Shown here one piece after another: positions 53,953-63,889 of a DNA stretch of 64,000 nucleotides. Positions within the stretch are counted from its first letter, which is position 1; every line of letters begins with the position of its first letter. This DNA is from Cyanophora paradoxa CCMP329 (Eukaryota > Plantae > Glaucophyta): positions 248,001 through 312,000 of the forward strand of contig QPMI01000435.1 of assembly GCA_004431415.1 (NCBI GenBank). The letters run 5' to 3'. A program made the position numbers and the translations under genes. Under the pieces are notes generated by a model. It was not told where the DNA came from. It saw only the letters and a program-made list of their open reading frames with translations, and made no database searches.

Positions 53953-54755
53953 TCAAAGGCCGTTGAACTTGCCGCCCACCGCCTTGGGCTCCGCCGCCGT
54001 CGAGGCCGCCGCCTCCGTCACCTCCTTCATCACCTCCGGGTTCGCGTTCGCCGCGTGCACCGCCAGCACCGTCTGCACCAGGGCCATCCCCAGGCGCGCC
54101 TCGGGCCCCAGGGTCACGTAGCGCGAGTACTTAATCACCAGCTCCTCTAAGATCGGCTGCACCTGGTCCATCGAAGAGAGCGTCGCCTGCCCGAGCCCGT
54201 CGAGCTTCAGGCCGATCGGATCGTACGCCTTGTTCAGGTGCTCCAGCGAGTGCATGCCCGCGATCAGAAAGAGGCGCGCCGCCTCCAGCGAACCCCGCGT
54301 GCTCAGCTCGCGCTGAATCTCCTCGTACTCTTCCTTCAGCTCGTCCAGCGGCGTCGCCAGGCTCAGCTTCTTCGTGGACGTAAGCTCGCCCCCGAACGAG
54401 CGCCTGTACTGCGCGATCTGCCGCAGAACCTGCTTCTTCTCGTCCACGTCCACCTGCGCCTCGTCGCGCGGCCTCTCCTGCAGGTCGATCCCAGCGCCTT
54501 CTTCACGCTCTGCTCCTTCTTCTTCGTCATTTCGATGTGCTCCTGCACGCTGAAGCTCGCCCCCTTGCTCGGCGCCGTCGGCGGCACCGTGGGCCCGTCG
54601 CCCGGCAGCGCCGTCTTGTCGGCCTTCGGCGCCTTCTCGCCCTTTTCCTTGCCCTCCTTCGCGGGGCGGCCCTTCTTCCGGGGCTGCGGGATTCCCACGG
54701 GGTTCGGCCCGTCCACGGCCAGCGCCTCGAAGCCAAGCATCGCCGAGGGGTCCAT
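53953..54755 (-). CDS. Conserved NCLDV protein, DUF5767-like (frameshift ~54490)
   Basis: LDELKEEYE...LE.LN..YDP.GLKLDG...ILEEL..KY.....PE.RL...L.......H..N pattern. Confidence 0.65.
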
Positions 54756-54784
54756 CCTTTACGCCTGCCCCTTAGAAATATTTT

Positions 54785-55114
54785 TCACTCCGAGGTCAGC
54801 TCGACGAAGAGCTCGATGTAAAGCCAGAGCTTTTCGCGCAGCTCGGGCCCGCTGCCGTAGAATAGCGAGCGCACGGCCGAGGCGTACTCCTGCGGCAGCC
54901 TCTCGAAAACCGAGTCGTCCTTCGCCTTGATCAATTCCGCCTCCGCGTTGATGTGCCTCCTGAACAGAACGATGACCGCCGTGGCCCCTATGCCGCGCAG
55001 CGACTGGATCTGCGCCCGCACCCCGGGCTCCTTGGCCTCCGGCTCCAGCAGGTCGAGGAAGCGGCCCCAGCGCGCCTCGATCTGCTCGCCCAGCGTCGCC
55101 TCCGTCGCAGCCAT
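54785..55114 (-). CDS. Hypothetical helical protein
   Basis: Clean ORF; upstream AATTTCTGAG. Confidence 0.6.
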   Translation of the reverse strand: MAATEATLGEQIEARWGRFLDLLEPEAKEPGVRAQIQSLRGIGATAVIVLFRRHINAEAELIKAKDDSVFERLPQEYASAVRSLFYGSGPELREKLWLYIELFVELTSE

Positions 55115-55136
55115 GTGCTCGCGTGGGCCTCAGAAA

Positions 55137-56258
55137 TTACTGACCGAGTCGGAGCGCCTGGGCTGCTTGGTCGAACATCTCCGCCTTCCGGGCGTTCGTT
55201 TCCGCAAGCATGGCAATCTGGTTGTTCTCCGTGTTCCGGACGATGGACTGGAAGGCTGTCTGAATTGCAGTCTGCGATGCAGCGGACATACCTGCCACCG
55301 TTCCTTTAGCGCGGAGCTCTAGCATGCGTCCTTTCTGGAACGGCGTGGCAAGTTGATTGCCCTGCAGCGCAGGGAGCGGGTTGACGACGCGGGGCAGCAG
55401 GTTCTGGTCCGCGTAAGGCATGGCCGTCGGCAGGGCCGGGCCGCGCGTCCCCGGCTGATCGAGGAGCATCGCCCCAAACGGATTGCCCCGGCTGAAGTCC
55501 ACGTCGTTGCGGCCGTAGGGCTTGTTGACGGCGCTGCTGATGTTGGCCGTCTGCGCGTTGAACATGGGCGATAGATCGGGGGTGTAGCCCGCGCGCAGCC
55601 CCTGGGGGTTCGCCTCCGTCTGCCCGTAGCGGCCGGCCGGCCCGAGCAGGTTCTCCTTCTCGATCTCTTCCATCGTCTTGATCCAGCCGCGCTCGCGCGC
55701 CCACTTCATGACGAGATCATCGTAGTTCATCGGGAAGAAAACCTTCTGGTACTTGTCGAAGCGCTGAATTTCGATATCCTGCTCGATCATGTTCGTAATT
55801 CGCTCCAGCAGCTCGGGGTAATATTCCTCGAGCATTTTGGCGACGCCCGGCTGCTTCAGGTCGAAGGCCGTCATCGCCCACTGGTCGAAATCGCGAATCA
55901 TGATTTCCTTCCGCAGGCTGAACGCGTTCTCCACGTCCTCCTCGTTGATCGTGCGACGGGGTTCGCGTTCTGCAGCTGCTGTCGGATGCCCATCCGCATC
56001 AGCTTCTCCATCGAGGGCGTGTACTTCATCGCGGGCAGGGTCTTCGTTTCCCCCCGCTGAGCCCCAGGCCCGCGCCTTGTCCTCGGGCGTGTAGACGTCT
56101 GCCTTCGTTCCATCTACGACGGGCACCTCGGGCATGATCGTGCCCGGAAGGAACTTGTTCACGATGCCGTCCATGTCGGCCTTCAGGTCGTTCTTCAGCG
56201 CCTGGCGCTGCTTCTTAGAGCCCTCCCCAATGTCCATCATAGAGTGGCCCTTCGTCAT
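55137..56258 (-). CDS. Hypothetical protein (373 aa) next to MCP, possible virion protein
   Basis: Clean long ORF; shares F..W.M/PGV/PMN.DD motifs with the 59620 gene. Confidence 0.7.
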   Translation of the reverse strand: MTKGHSMMDIGEGSKKQRQALKNDLKADMDGIVNKFLPGTIMPEVPVVDGTKADVYTPEDKARAWGSAGGNEDPARDEVHALDGEADADGHPTAAAEREPRRTINEEDVENAFSLRKEIMIRDFDQWAMTAFDLKQPGVAKMLEEYYPELLERITNMIEQDIEIQRFDKYQKVFFPMNYDDLVMKWARERGWIKTMEEIEKENLLGPAGRYGQTEANPQGLRAGYTPDLSPMFNAQTANISSAVNKPYGRNDVDFSRGNPFGAMLLDQPGTRGPALPTAMPYADQNLLPRVVNPLPALQGNQLATPFQKGRMLELRAKGTVAGMSAASQTAIQTAFQSIVRNTENNQIAMLAETNARKAEMFDQAAQALRLGQ

Positions 56259-56337
56259 CGTGCCTCGGTTAGGATCCCAGTGGGAAAATTTATTGGTTCA
56301 CATCGGCCTACCAAGCACACCCTGGCTAACAAGCAAT

Positions 56338-57706
56338 CTAATGGAAGCGGCGGTAGGCGCCGCCGTTGGTGAAGGTGATCTCGTTGTAGTAGCGGCAGTA
56401 GATGTCGGCCACGGGCTTGTCCGCGCCGTAGGTCTTGAGCGTGGTGAGCGTGAGCTCGATGGTCTTGAAGGCGCCCATGTCGAGGCCGCCGAACATCTTG
56501 GTGTTGTCGGCCACGTCCGTGCCGAAGGGGAGCGAGTAGATGAACTCCGTCCCGAACTGGCCCACGTTGCGGGGCTGGATGTCGCTGCTGTGCCCGTCGT
56601 GGGTCGCGAGGGTCGTGGGGCCGTGTCGTTGCCCGACCACGGGTGCGGGTGCAGCGCGTCGGCCACGTCGGCCGCCGCCGTCCCGTCCATCGAGGTCACG
56701 CCCCGCAGCAGCTCGAGGTGCTTGCGGGCGGGGGCGTGCGTGTGCTCCTTGTGCGCGATGGCCGTGCGCAAGAAGTGCGCGTCGTGGTTCGAGCTATCGA
56801 GCACCTTGATGTTGTCGCACTTCAGCTCGATCTTGTCGAGCGGGCGGAAGCGCCAGAAGTGCTCGCCGTTGTCGGTGTGCGGCTTGTCGCGCACCACGAT
56901 GATCAGCTCGTAGCAGATTCCGGTGAAGGGCAGGCGGATGGCCTTGCCGACTCGAACGAGACGTGGTAGTGCTGCACGTACTTGCCGGCCCACGTGAACG
57001 AGTTCGGGTGCAGCGCCAGCTCGCGCGAGTCGATGTGCACGTAGCGCAGGATGAGCTTGGTGTCCAGGCTGACGGTGCTCGTCAGGTTGGTGTTGGTGTG
57101 CAGGCCGCCGTCCACGAAGGAGGCCGTCACCTCCTTCTGCGAGGCGTACGTGATCTGCAGCTTCATGTCGTTTCCGGAGCAGCGGAGCTTGTGGAGCGGC
57201 ACGGCGAACTTTCGACCGTGGCCCGTCGCGATGCGAATCGGTATGTACAGCGTGTTCGGGGCCTTGCCCCGGCGGCGCAGCGGCTGGTGCGCCCAGAGGT
57301 TGTTCACCATGTCGACGTGCTGGACGACGGACTTGTCGTCCTCGAACTCGCCGTAGATGGCGTCGTAATGGCCGTCGTACTCGTGGATCAGCTGCGCGCC
57401 CACGAAGATCTTCACCTTCTTGAGCAGCACGTAGCCGGCCTTCGGGATGTAGAAGTGGTCCGCGTTCGTCAGCGCCGGCAGCGTCACCTTGAGCCAGGAG
57501 TCGTTGAACATCGGCGCCGAGTGCGGGATGACGATGTCGACGGTCTGGCTGAAGCTCACGCCCGACTGCACGGGGCTCACCTCGAGCACCTCGTCCACGA
57601 ACGGCATCGCCGTGTCGAAGGTCTCGTGCACGTGCACCGACGCGTCGGAGCTGCGCAGCGAGTGGTGCAGGGCGGTCGAGGGGGTGGAGATGAGCGCGGA
57701 AGCCAT
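56338..57706 (-). CDS. NCLDV-type double jelly-roll major capsid protein (~455 aa; frameshifts ~56950 and ~56620)
   Basis: FSQTV.I.IP....F.D.WLKVTLP, GY.LLKKV.I.VG.Q.I.EY.G, LYIPI, AVPL, LPF....ELI.V, IYSLPF, GGLD.G.F and YN.I.F.NG.A...F motifs. Confidence 0.85.
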
Positions 57707-57745
57707 GGTTTAGGGGTGCGTTGAGAAAATTTTGTGGATGGGCGC

Positions 57746-59620
57746 CTATGCGTCCACAAACCTCCAAAATCGATGTCGGGTCCGTCCCCGAGAAATAATC
57801 TCGTAGCAGCTGCGCAGGCACGTTGGCAATAATCTGCCGGGCACGCCCTTGGCCGTGTGGTACCGGGAAATCGCAATTTCCGCGAAGCTCCCGAGGGTCT
57901 CGTCATTGTTTCCGAAGCGCCTCTGTATGTCTTTGAGCGCCTTGCTGTAGGCACCCTGGATCTTCGCGCTCTTTTGATCCTCAAACCACCTGCGCCGCTC
58001 CTCCGCGTCAGGGTTGCCCGCGAGAAACGCCGAAATCTGAGCTGCATCGGGCCGACGTCCCATCGCTGTTTGCGGGCGGGAGGGGCACGCTGGGGGCGCA
58101 CTGGGCCCTGCGGCGGGTGCCGGCATCACCTCTCCCGTGGGCCAATGTCCCACCGGCGCCTGCGTGTGCGCTCGGCCGCCTCCTCGAGTGCCCGTTTACG
58201 TACCTCAAGCGTCGCCTCTGCCTCCATCACGTCCGCCTGCAGCCGCTCCGTCTGGATGAACTCCGAAACGGTCGCGAGCTCGCTTTCGGGGGCCGCATCG
58301 GCCGCCACGTCGGTGATCAGCTGTCTGCGCGCCTTGGCGAGGAGAGCCGCCCCTTTTGCGTTACGCAGCGCATCCAGCGACCCCAGCCGCGCCTCCCGGG
58401 ATTCGTCCGCGTCTAAGCCCTTCTTCAACTTGCGGTCTTTCGGCTTCGCGGACGATGCGGCGTACGTCGCCGGCGGCGCAGTCGGAACGCCCACGGCAGC
58501 CAGCGCCCCCTCACCGCGGCCTCTACCGTCGCCATCTCGGCATCGGAAGGACCGGCCGCGGGCGCTCCCACGGATGTGCCCGGGCGGCCGGAGGGAAGCT
58601 TCGGGCGATGGAGCCGGGGTTGAAGGGCACTAGGAGGGGCGGCGGCTGTGGTTCGCCGCCACCGCCCCGCCGCCACCGCCCCGCCGCCACCGCCCCGCCG
58701 CCACCGCCCCGCCGCCACCGCCACCGCCCCGTCGCCTTCTGCGGGCCGTTCGCGCCTACCGGCAGCGCCTTCTGGATCAGCGCCTCCTTGGCGCCCCTCC
58801 GCGCATTCGGCCTCAGAGCGATGGCCCCGTTTTCATCGATGGCCGCGTTGTCCCTCTTTCTGATCCGCGCCTCCTGCTCCTTGCTCTCGGCGATCGTAAC
58901 GAGCTTGGTCATCGCGGCCGTCAGGCGCCGCATCTCGGCGCGCGTGTCCCTCAGCCGGCCCTCGTCGGGCCCGGCCCTCGTCGTCCGATCCGGGTGGCTC
59001 GGCCTGGGTGAACGGCTGCGAGGTGTTCCTATCCGCGTAGCTCTTCTTCTCCTCCGGTAGGTTTTCGCGCGCATAAATGCTCGTCGGTTTGAACTCCTCG
59101 CCGTTCACGATGTACTTGTAGTAGTAGTACGCGTCATCCAAGTTCATGGGCCCGAGGTCTCGAGTCGCTTTTTGCGTTTCAAGAACTCTGTGATCTGGTC
59201 TTCCTTCGACTTGCAAAAATCGCGCACGCCTGGAGCATGGTCAAATTCTTACCGTCCACGTCGCACGCGCCGCGCCCCGCGCCTTTCGGTTCGTTTGAGT
59301 CACGGCGTCGATGCAAAGGCGGACTGGCCCATCAGCCAGGAGCGGAAGCCCTCCTCGTACTCCTCGTCCAGCCCGGACTCCATCTCCTTGAATTTGTTGA
59401 TGTAGTAGGCGTTGGCGATGGCCTGCGCCTCCACCTCTGCGAGCTTGTCGGTTTTCGCCCTATCCTCGACGCGCATCCCGTCGGAGCGGTGCAGCGCGGT
59501 TTTGGCCATCTGCTGAAAGTGCGCGTACTTGTCGCTCTCAAAGGGCGTGATGTGCGAGTCCCCGCCCCCCGGGACCGCCAGCACGTTGCGCGGCGCGAAA
59601 CGCGAGGCGAGCCCCCTCAT
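57746..59620 (-). CDS. Long hypothetical protein with Gly-rich tract, multiply frameshifted
   Basis: Chain of overlapping minus-strand ORFs 59300-59620, 58833-59216, 58523-59074, 58126-58494 and 57746-58153. Confidence 0.5.
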
Positions 59621-59895
59621 TTGCTCTTCTTAGGGGCTGGCTTTGAAATTTTATCGGTCTTGGCCTTGTCTTCCTTCCCGTCCTTCTTATCGGCCCCCTT
59701 CTTCCCCTGCTTCGTCGGGCGCATCGCCACGAATATTTCGCCGGGCGAGACGTCCTCGTACAGCGGCTTCGGCCCCTTAGGAAATTCGGGCGGCCCCTTC
59801 AGCTTCTCCTTCGCCTCCTTCACCTCGGCCTTGGTGGGCCGCTCCTGCCCGTTCGTGGGCGCCTTTTTCGCGGGCTTCTTTTGTGCCTCCGGCAT
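59617..59895 (-). CDS. Lys-rich small basic protein (possible core/DNA-condensing protein)
   Basis: Amino-acid composition; upstream ATTTTTCTGG. Confidence 0.55.
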   Translation of the reverse strand: MPEAQKKPAKKAPTNGQERPTKAEVKEAKEKLKGPPEFPKGPKPLYEDVSPGEIFVAMRPTKQGKKGADKKDGKEDKAKTDKISKPAPKKSK

Positions 59896-59897
59896 GT

Positions 59898-60236
59898 TTA
59901 CCCATCACCAGAAAAATATGGGTTGGCACCCCCGTACGTCTCGGGGAACTGCCTCTCCCACCTGCGCATGGCCGCGTCCCTCTGGTCGTCGAAGCTACGG
60001 TAGGCCGCGGCCCTCTGCCCCATCACGATTTGCCAGAGCCGTGCACGGACCTCGTCCTGCAGTCTGTACACCCAATCGCGAATGTTCTCGACGATATCCG
60101 TCGGCAGCGTGGCCAACCCCGCCTTGATCTCGGGTACATCCGTGGGATCCTCTTCGAGCGTAAGCTTCTGCATGCGAGCGCGCAGCATCTCAATTTGCGT
60201 ATCGATTGGGGCCCAATAAGGGATAGATCGAGACAT
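59898..60236 (-). CDS. Hypothetical protein
   Basis: Clean ORF; upstream AATTTCTCAG. Confidence 0.55.
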   Translation of the reverse strand: MSRSIPYWAPIDTQIEMLRARMQKLTLEEDPTDVPEIKAGLATLPTDIVENIRDWVYRLQDEVRARLWQIVMGQRAAAYRSFDDQRDAAMRRWERQFPETYGGANPYFSGDG

Positions 60237-60248
60237 CGGGGTACGGGG

Positions 60249-60512
60249 TCACTGAGAAATTACACTGGGTCGGAAGAGGAGGTACCCCACCAGGATCCCC
60301 GCTATAATCCAGAGGGGCGACCAGTCGCGCTCCGCCGGCGCGCCCCCCGGCGTCACCATCAGCTGCCCCGCCCCGGGCCTGCGCAGGCCGTGCGTGCGGT
60401 GGTCCGCCCAGTGCGGGCGCGGGAACTGCTCCTGCGGCATGCGCTCGGGGTAGATGCCGTCGAATCGGTTCTGCATTTGGTACATGTCCCTATCGAACAG
60501 CAGGGAGGCCAT
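60249..60512 (-). CDS. Small protein with C-terminal TM helix
   Basis: LWIIAGILVGYLLF; upstream ATTTCTAAG. Confidence 0.6.
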   Translation of the reverse strand: MASLLFDRDMYQMQNRFDGIYPERMPQEQFPRPHWADHRTHGLRRPGAGQLMVTPGGAPAERDWSPLWIIAGILVGYLLFRPSVISQ

Positions 60513-61125
60513 TTCTCAATTTGGGGAGGGACTTAGAAATACTGCCCGTGAGCTCCCTGTCGCGGATCCTGCGAAAATCCGCGAAGAGCCCGCGCGCGCA
60601 GCGCCTGCAGACGAGGCGGGCCCGCCCGCCCACGCGCGCCACCGAGATCTCGTGGCCGAACTGCAGGTGGCCCGGGAAGCAGGTGGGGGGTAGTCGCAGA
60701 CGAAGCAGTGGCAGGGGCAGTTGCGCCGCCGAATCACTGCTGAAGAATCGCAGGCTCGCTCGCCGCCTTCCTCGGCGCGCGCTGGCGCTTGGGCTGGGCC
60801 TCGAGCGGGCTCGGGTCGCCCTCCGCGGGGCCGCCTTGGCCTTCTGCCGGGGCGCCGCGGGGGGCTTCGGGGCCGTAGGGGCTGCCGGTGCCTGGCTCGA
60901 GCCGGCGGCCGGGCCAGCGGCGTCGGTCACCTGCGGGCGCTGCGGCGGAGGGCTGGTCTCCCGGGCCCCCTCCTCGAGGACCCGGCGCATGAAGCGCGAG
61001 ACGCGGCCGCTGCATTGCGTGCAGGAGCCGACGGCCACCTGGCGGTTGTTCTTGCTGGTACGCACCTCGACGTTGGCGAGCTTGGTGTTGGAGCGGCACT
61101 TGAAGCAGTAGTGGGCGTGCTCCAT
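60490..61125 (-). CDS. DUF5679-like Zn-ribbon protein with Ala/Pro/Lys-rich tail (3' end uncertain)
   Basis: YCFKCR...KNNR..A.G.C.QC..RV.RF. Confidence 0.6.
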   Translation of the reverse strand: MEHAHYCFKCRSNTKLANVEVRTSKNNRQVAVGSCTQCSGRVSRFMRRVLEEGARETSPPPQRPQVTDAAGPAAGSSQAPAAPTAPKPPAAPRQKAKAAPRRATRARSRPSPSASARRGRRRASLRFFSSDSAAQLPLPLLRLRLPPTCFPGHLQFGHEISVARVGGRARLVCRRCARGLFADFRRIRDRELTGSISKSLPKLRNGLPAVR

Positions 61126-61327
61126 GGGATCTAGCTACGGGTGTAGACAGCCTTCAGAAAAAAGTGCGTAGTAGCGGACGGCGCACCGGGGGCAGCAGAC
61201 GTAGACGCCCGCCTTGAGCACCCAGCCGCGCTTGGTCTGGGGCAGGCGGCAGATTTCGCAGCAGAGGGACCTGGGCTTGCGGCACGAGGATCCCATCTGG
61301 CGGCGGGGCCTAGAAATCACAATGGGA

Positions 61328-61804
61328 TCACAACGGATTGAGCGCGGCGTAGAGGGCGATTAAGTAGGCGTCGCAGAGGTCGTCGAGCTTGCCGTTTCGA
61401 TCCGCGATGTCGGCGAGCTCGGCGGGTACGAGGTCGCGGCACTTGTCCACGGCGCCCCGCTTGCGCTCCTTGTAGCTCGGGTTCGAGATCTTGAAGAAGT
61501 GCTTGATGGCGCGCGGGCTCACGATCCGCGCACGCCCGTACAGCAGGGCGTGGAGCGTGCACTCGATGCAGCGATTGATTCCCGTCCTCTGGCCCTCGAT
61601 CGCGATCTGGTCGGGAAGGCCGAAGGCGCTATGGCCGCGAGTAACCTCCACCAGGCGCGCAACCAGGCGGCCACAGCAGCGCGCAGACGGGAAGAGGGCG
61701 ATCTTCTGCCAGTCGAGAATCTGGGATTCCTTTGTCTGCGGATCGAATTCGATGAGGCACCATGCGAAATTGATGACCCCCACATCCACGCCGAGGATCT
61801 TCAT
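61328..61804 (-). CDS. RuvC-like Holliday junction resolvase (poxvirus A22 family)
   Basis: ILGVDVG..NFAWC, IAIE.Q, YKERK..AV and KLDDLCDA motifs. Confidence 0.9.
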   Translation of the reverse strand: MKILGVDVGVINFAWCLIEFDPQTKESQILDWQKIALFPSARCCGRLVARLVEVTRGHSAFGLPDQIAIEGQRTGINRCIECTLHALLYGRARIVSPRAIKHFFKISNPSYKERKRGAVDKCRDLVPAELADIADRNGKLDDLCDAYLIALYAALNPL

Positions 61805-61827
61805 CCCAGGGTCGCAAGAAAATCTGA

Positions 61828-62049
61828 ATGAAGGGGATGGCAGAGGCCTGGGCGGAAAAATTCATCCGGATGGTGCATCGACATTACCGAGATGAGTTCT
61901 TCAGCTCAGACTACAGCCAAAGCGTTCCAGACATTCTGAGCGATTTCGAAAGCTGCATTAGAGAGGGCTGCGCGCTGCTAGGTATCGACTACGAGGACCT
62001 GGAGCTAGGTATCGACTACGAGGACCTGGAGCACCCTCGAAAAATCTGA
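61828..62049 (+). CDS. Small acidic hypothetical protein with an internal 27-bp duplication
   Basis: LGIDYEDLE x2; ORF flanked by direct repeats. Confidence 0.4.
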   Translation: MKGMAEAWAEKFIRMVHRHYRDEFFSSDYSQSVPDILSDFESCIREGCALLGIDYEDLELGIDYEDLEHPRKI

Positions 62050-62062
62050 ATGAAGGGGTAAA

Positions 62063-63133
62063 ATGGCCAAGGACCCCAAGAAGCCGAAGAAGCCGAAGGC
62101 GGCCAAGCCCCAGCCCGCCCAGCCCGCAGGCGCAGCGCCCGCGGCCCCCGCCCCCGCCGGCCAGGCCACCGGCACGGGCTCGGGCACGGCCCCCGCCGCC
62201 GGCGCCAGCTGCGCCATGGGCATGACAGAGGACGGCCAGCAGCTCACGCCCGAGCAGGTCAACGCCTTCCTCGACAACTCGAAGACGGGAGGCATCGAGC
62301 GCATGGCCTGCCTGCCCGAGCTCAAGTGGTTCGACGTGAACACCGTCAAGTCCGACGCCACGGTCGTCTGCGTCGGCAAGCGGCGCACGGGCAAGTCCTT
62401 CTTCCTCCGCGATCTCATGTTCAACCTCTCCGGCACCTTCCCGGGGGGTATCGTGATCAGCCAGACCGATCGCCTGAACGGCTACTGGAAGCAGTACATC
62501 CCGCAGCGCTTCATCTGGCCCAAGTACAACCCGGGCGTGCTCTTCCATTTATTCAGGAGGCAGCAGGCGATCATGCAGCACAACAAGTCCGAAGACGTGC
62601 TCGCGGGAAAGGAGGATCCCGTCGACCCGCGATTTTTCGTGCTGCTCGACGACGTGATTTCCGACGCTCGGCTGCGGTACGACGAGGCCCTCAACGAGCT
62701 CTTCGTGGCGGGGCGCCACTACAAAATCATGACCCTTATCACGACGCAGTATGCCAAGGGCATCAATCCCGTCCTGCGCTCCAATACTGATCTGGCTGTC
62801 ATTTTCAAGTGCTCGCAGGCGATGCAGCGCGAGGCCCTCGCAAAGGAGTGGGGCGACATCATCTCCCAGCGCGCCTTCTACTACCTGCTCGATAAGTACA
62901 CGCAGGATAACCACTGCCTTATCATCGATTCTTCCAACAACTCTACGAACCCTCTGGACGTTTTGTACGTCTACAAGGCCGAGGAGCCGCCCCCCTTCCG
63001 CATCGGATCCAAGGAGTACTGGGAGGGCGAAACCGTCAACGGAGAAAATCTCGTGGGTCCGGACGACGGCACGGTGGACAAGACGCTCCTCGGCATGATA
63101 GATAATTTCAGGAAGCACCGCGGCCTCGCCTGA
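62063..63133 (+). CDS. A32-like packaging ATPase
   Basis: GKRRTGKS, FVLLDDVI and GRHYKI....TTQY...I.P.LRSN.D motifs. Confidence 0.94.
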   Translation: MAKDPKKPKKPKAAKPQPAQPAGAAPAAPAPAGQATGTGSGTAPAAGASCAMGMTEDGQQLTPEQVNAFLDNSKTGGIERMACLPELKWFDVNTVKSDATVVCVGKRRTGKSFFLRDLMFNLSGTFPGGIVISQTDRLNGYWKQYIPQRFIWPKYNPGVLFHLFRRQQAIMQHNKSEDVLAGKEDPVDPRFFVLLDDVISDARLRYDEALNELFVAGRHYKIMTLITTQYAKGINPVLRSNTDLAVIFKCSQAMQREALAKEWGDIISQRAFYYLLDKYTQDNHCLIIDSSNNSTNPLDVLYVYKAEEPPPFRIGSKEYWEGETVNGENLVGPDDGTVDKTLLGMIDNFRKHRGLA

Positions 63134-63544
63134 TTTTTTCTGAGGCTTCGTGCGTAAGCATGTCGCCCAGCGCCCACATCGCCTCCGTCTTCCGCGTCGA
63201 GTCCATCGCTTACGACTGCCTCCTGGAGGCGAGCCTCGACCCCTCCTCGCCCTTTAACGACGGCGAGGTCAGCAGCGCCCTGGAGAGGATCTGCGACGCG
63301 CTGGAATTAACTGGGAGCGCCTGACCGCGGAGGCGGCGGACGAGGCCGCGGCCGAGTCGCTGGGCAGTGAGGACACCAGCTCGGAGGAGATGACAGACGA
63401 AGAGGGAGACAGGGTGATTTACGTGCGCGACCCGGACGATTTTGCGACCTCGGAATCGGGCTCGGAGGAGGAGGCAGAGGAGACCGAGGACGAGGACTCC
63501 GACGCCTAGGCGCGCCCCTTAAAAATTTCCGAGGCGCTAGGAAA

Positions 63545-63889
63545 ATGTCAAAGGTGCTCCTAGGGCTCTCCCAGGCTATCGTGCAGTACGCCCTCGGCCT
63601 GGCATCCGGCTCCCTCATCGACGCCGCCTTCTCCTCGCACGAAGGCGAAAACAGGGCGGGCCACGCAGCCGAGCTCGCCGCGCAAGTCGCCGTCAACGGC
63701 CTCTCCCTCGGCCTGCTCTCGAAATACGTGCTCACCCTCAAGTTCTTCGACGACGACCCCACCGGCGGAATTATGTTCATCCTCGGATTCACACACGGGC
63801 AGACGAACATGCTAATCAAGGCTACCAGCGCCAGCTTCGGAATCAAGCAGGCGCTCGAGCGGAAGGCCGCCGCGATCACTAAAGAGTAG
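63545..63889 (+). CDS. Small hydrophobic (membrane) protein
   Basis: Several hydrophobic helices; upstream AAATTTCCGAG. Confidence 0.55.
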   Translation: MSKVLLGLSQAIVQYALGLASGSLIDAAFSSHEGENRAGHAAELAAQVAVNGLSLGLLSKYVLTLKFFDDDPTGGIMFILGFTHGQTNMLIKATSASFGIKQALERKAAAITKE

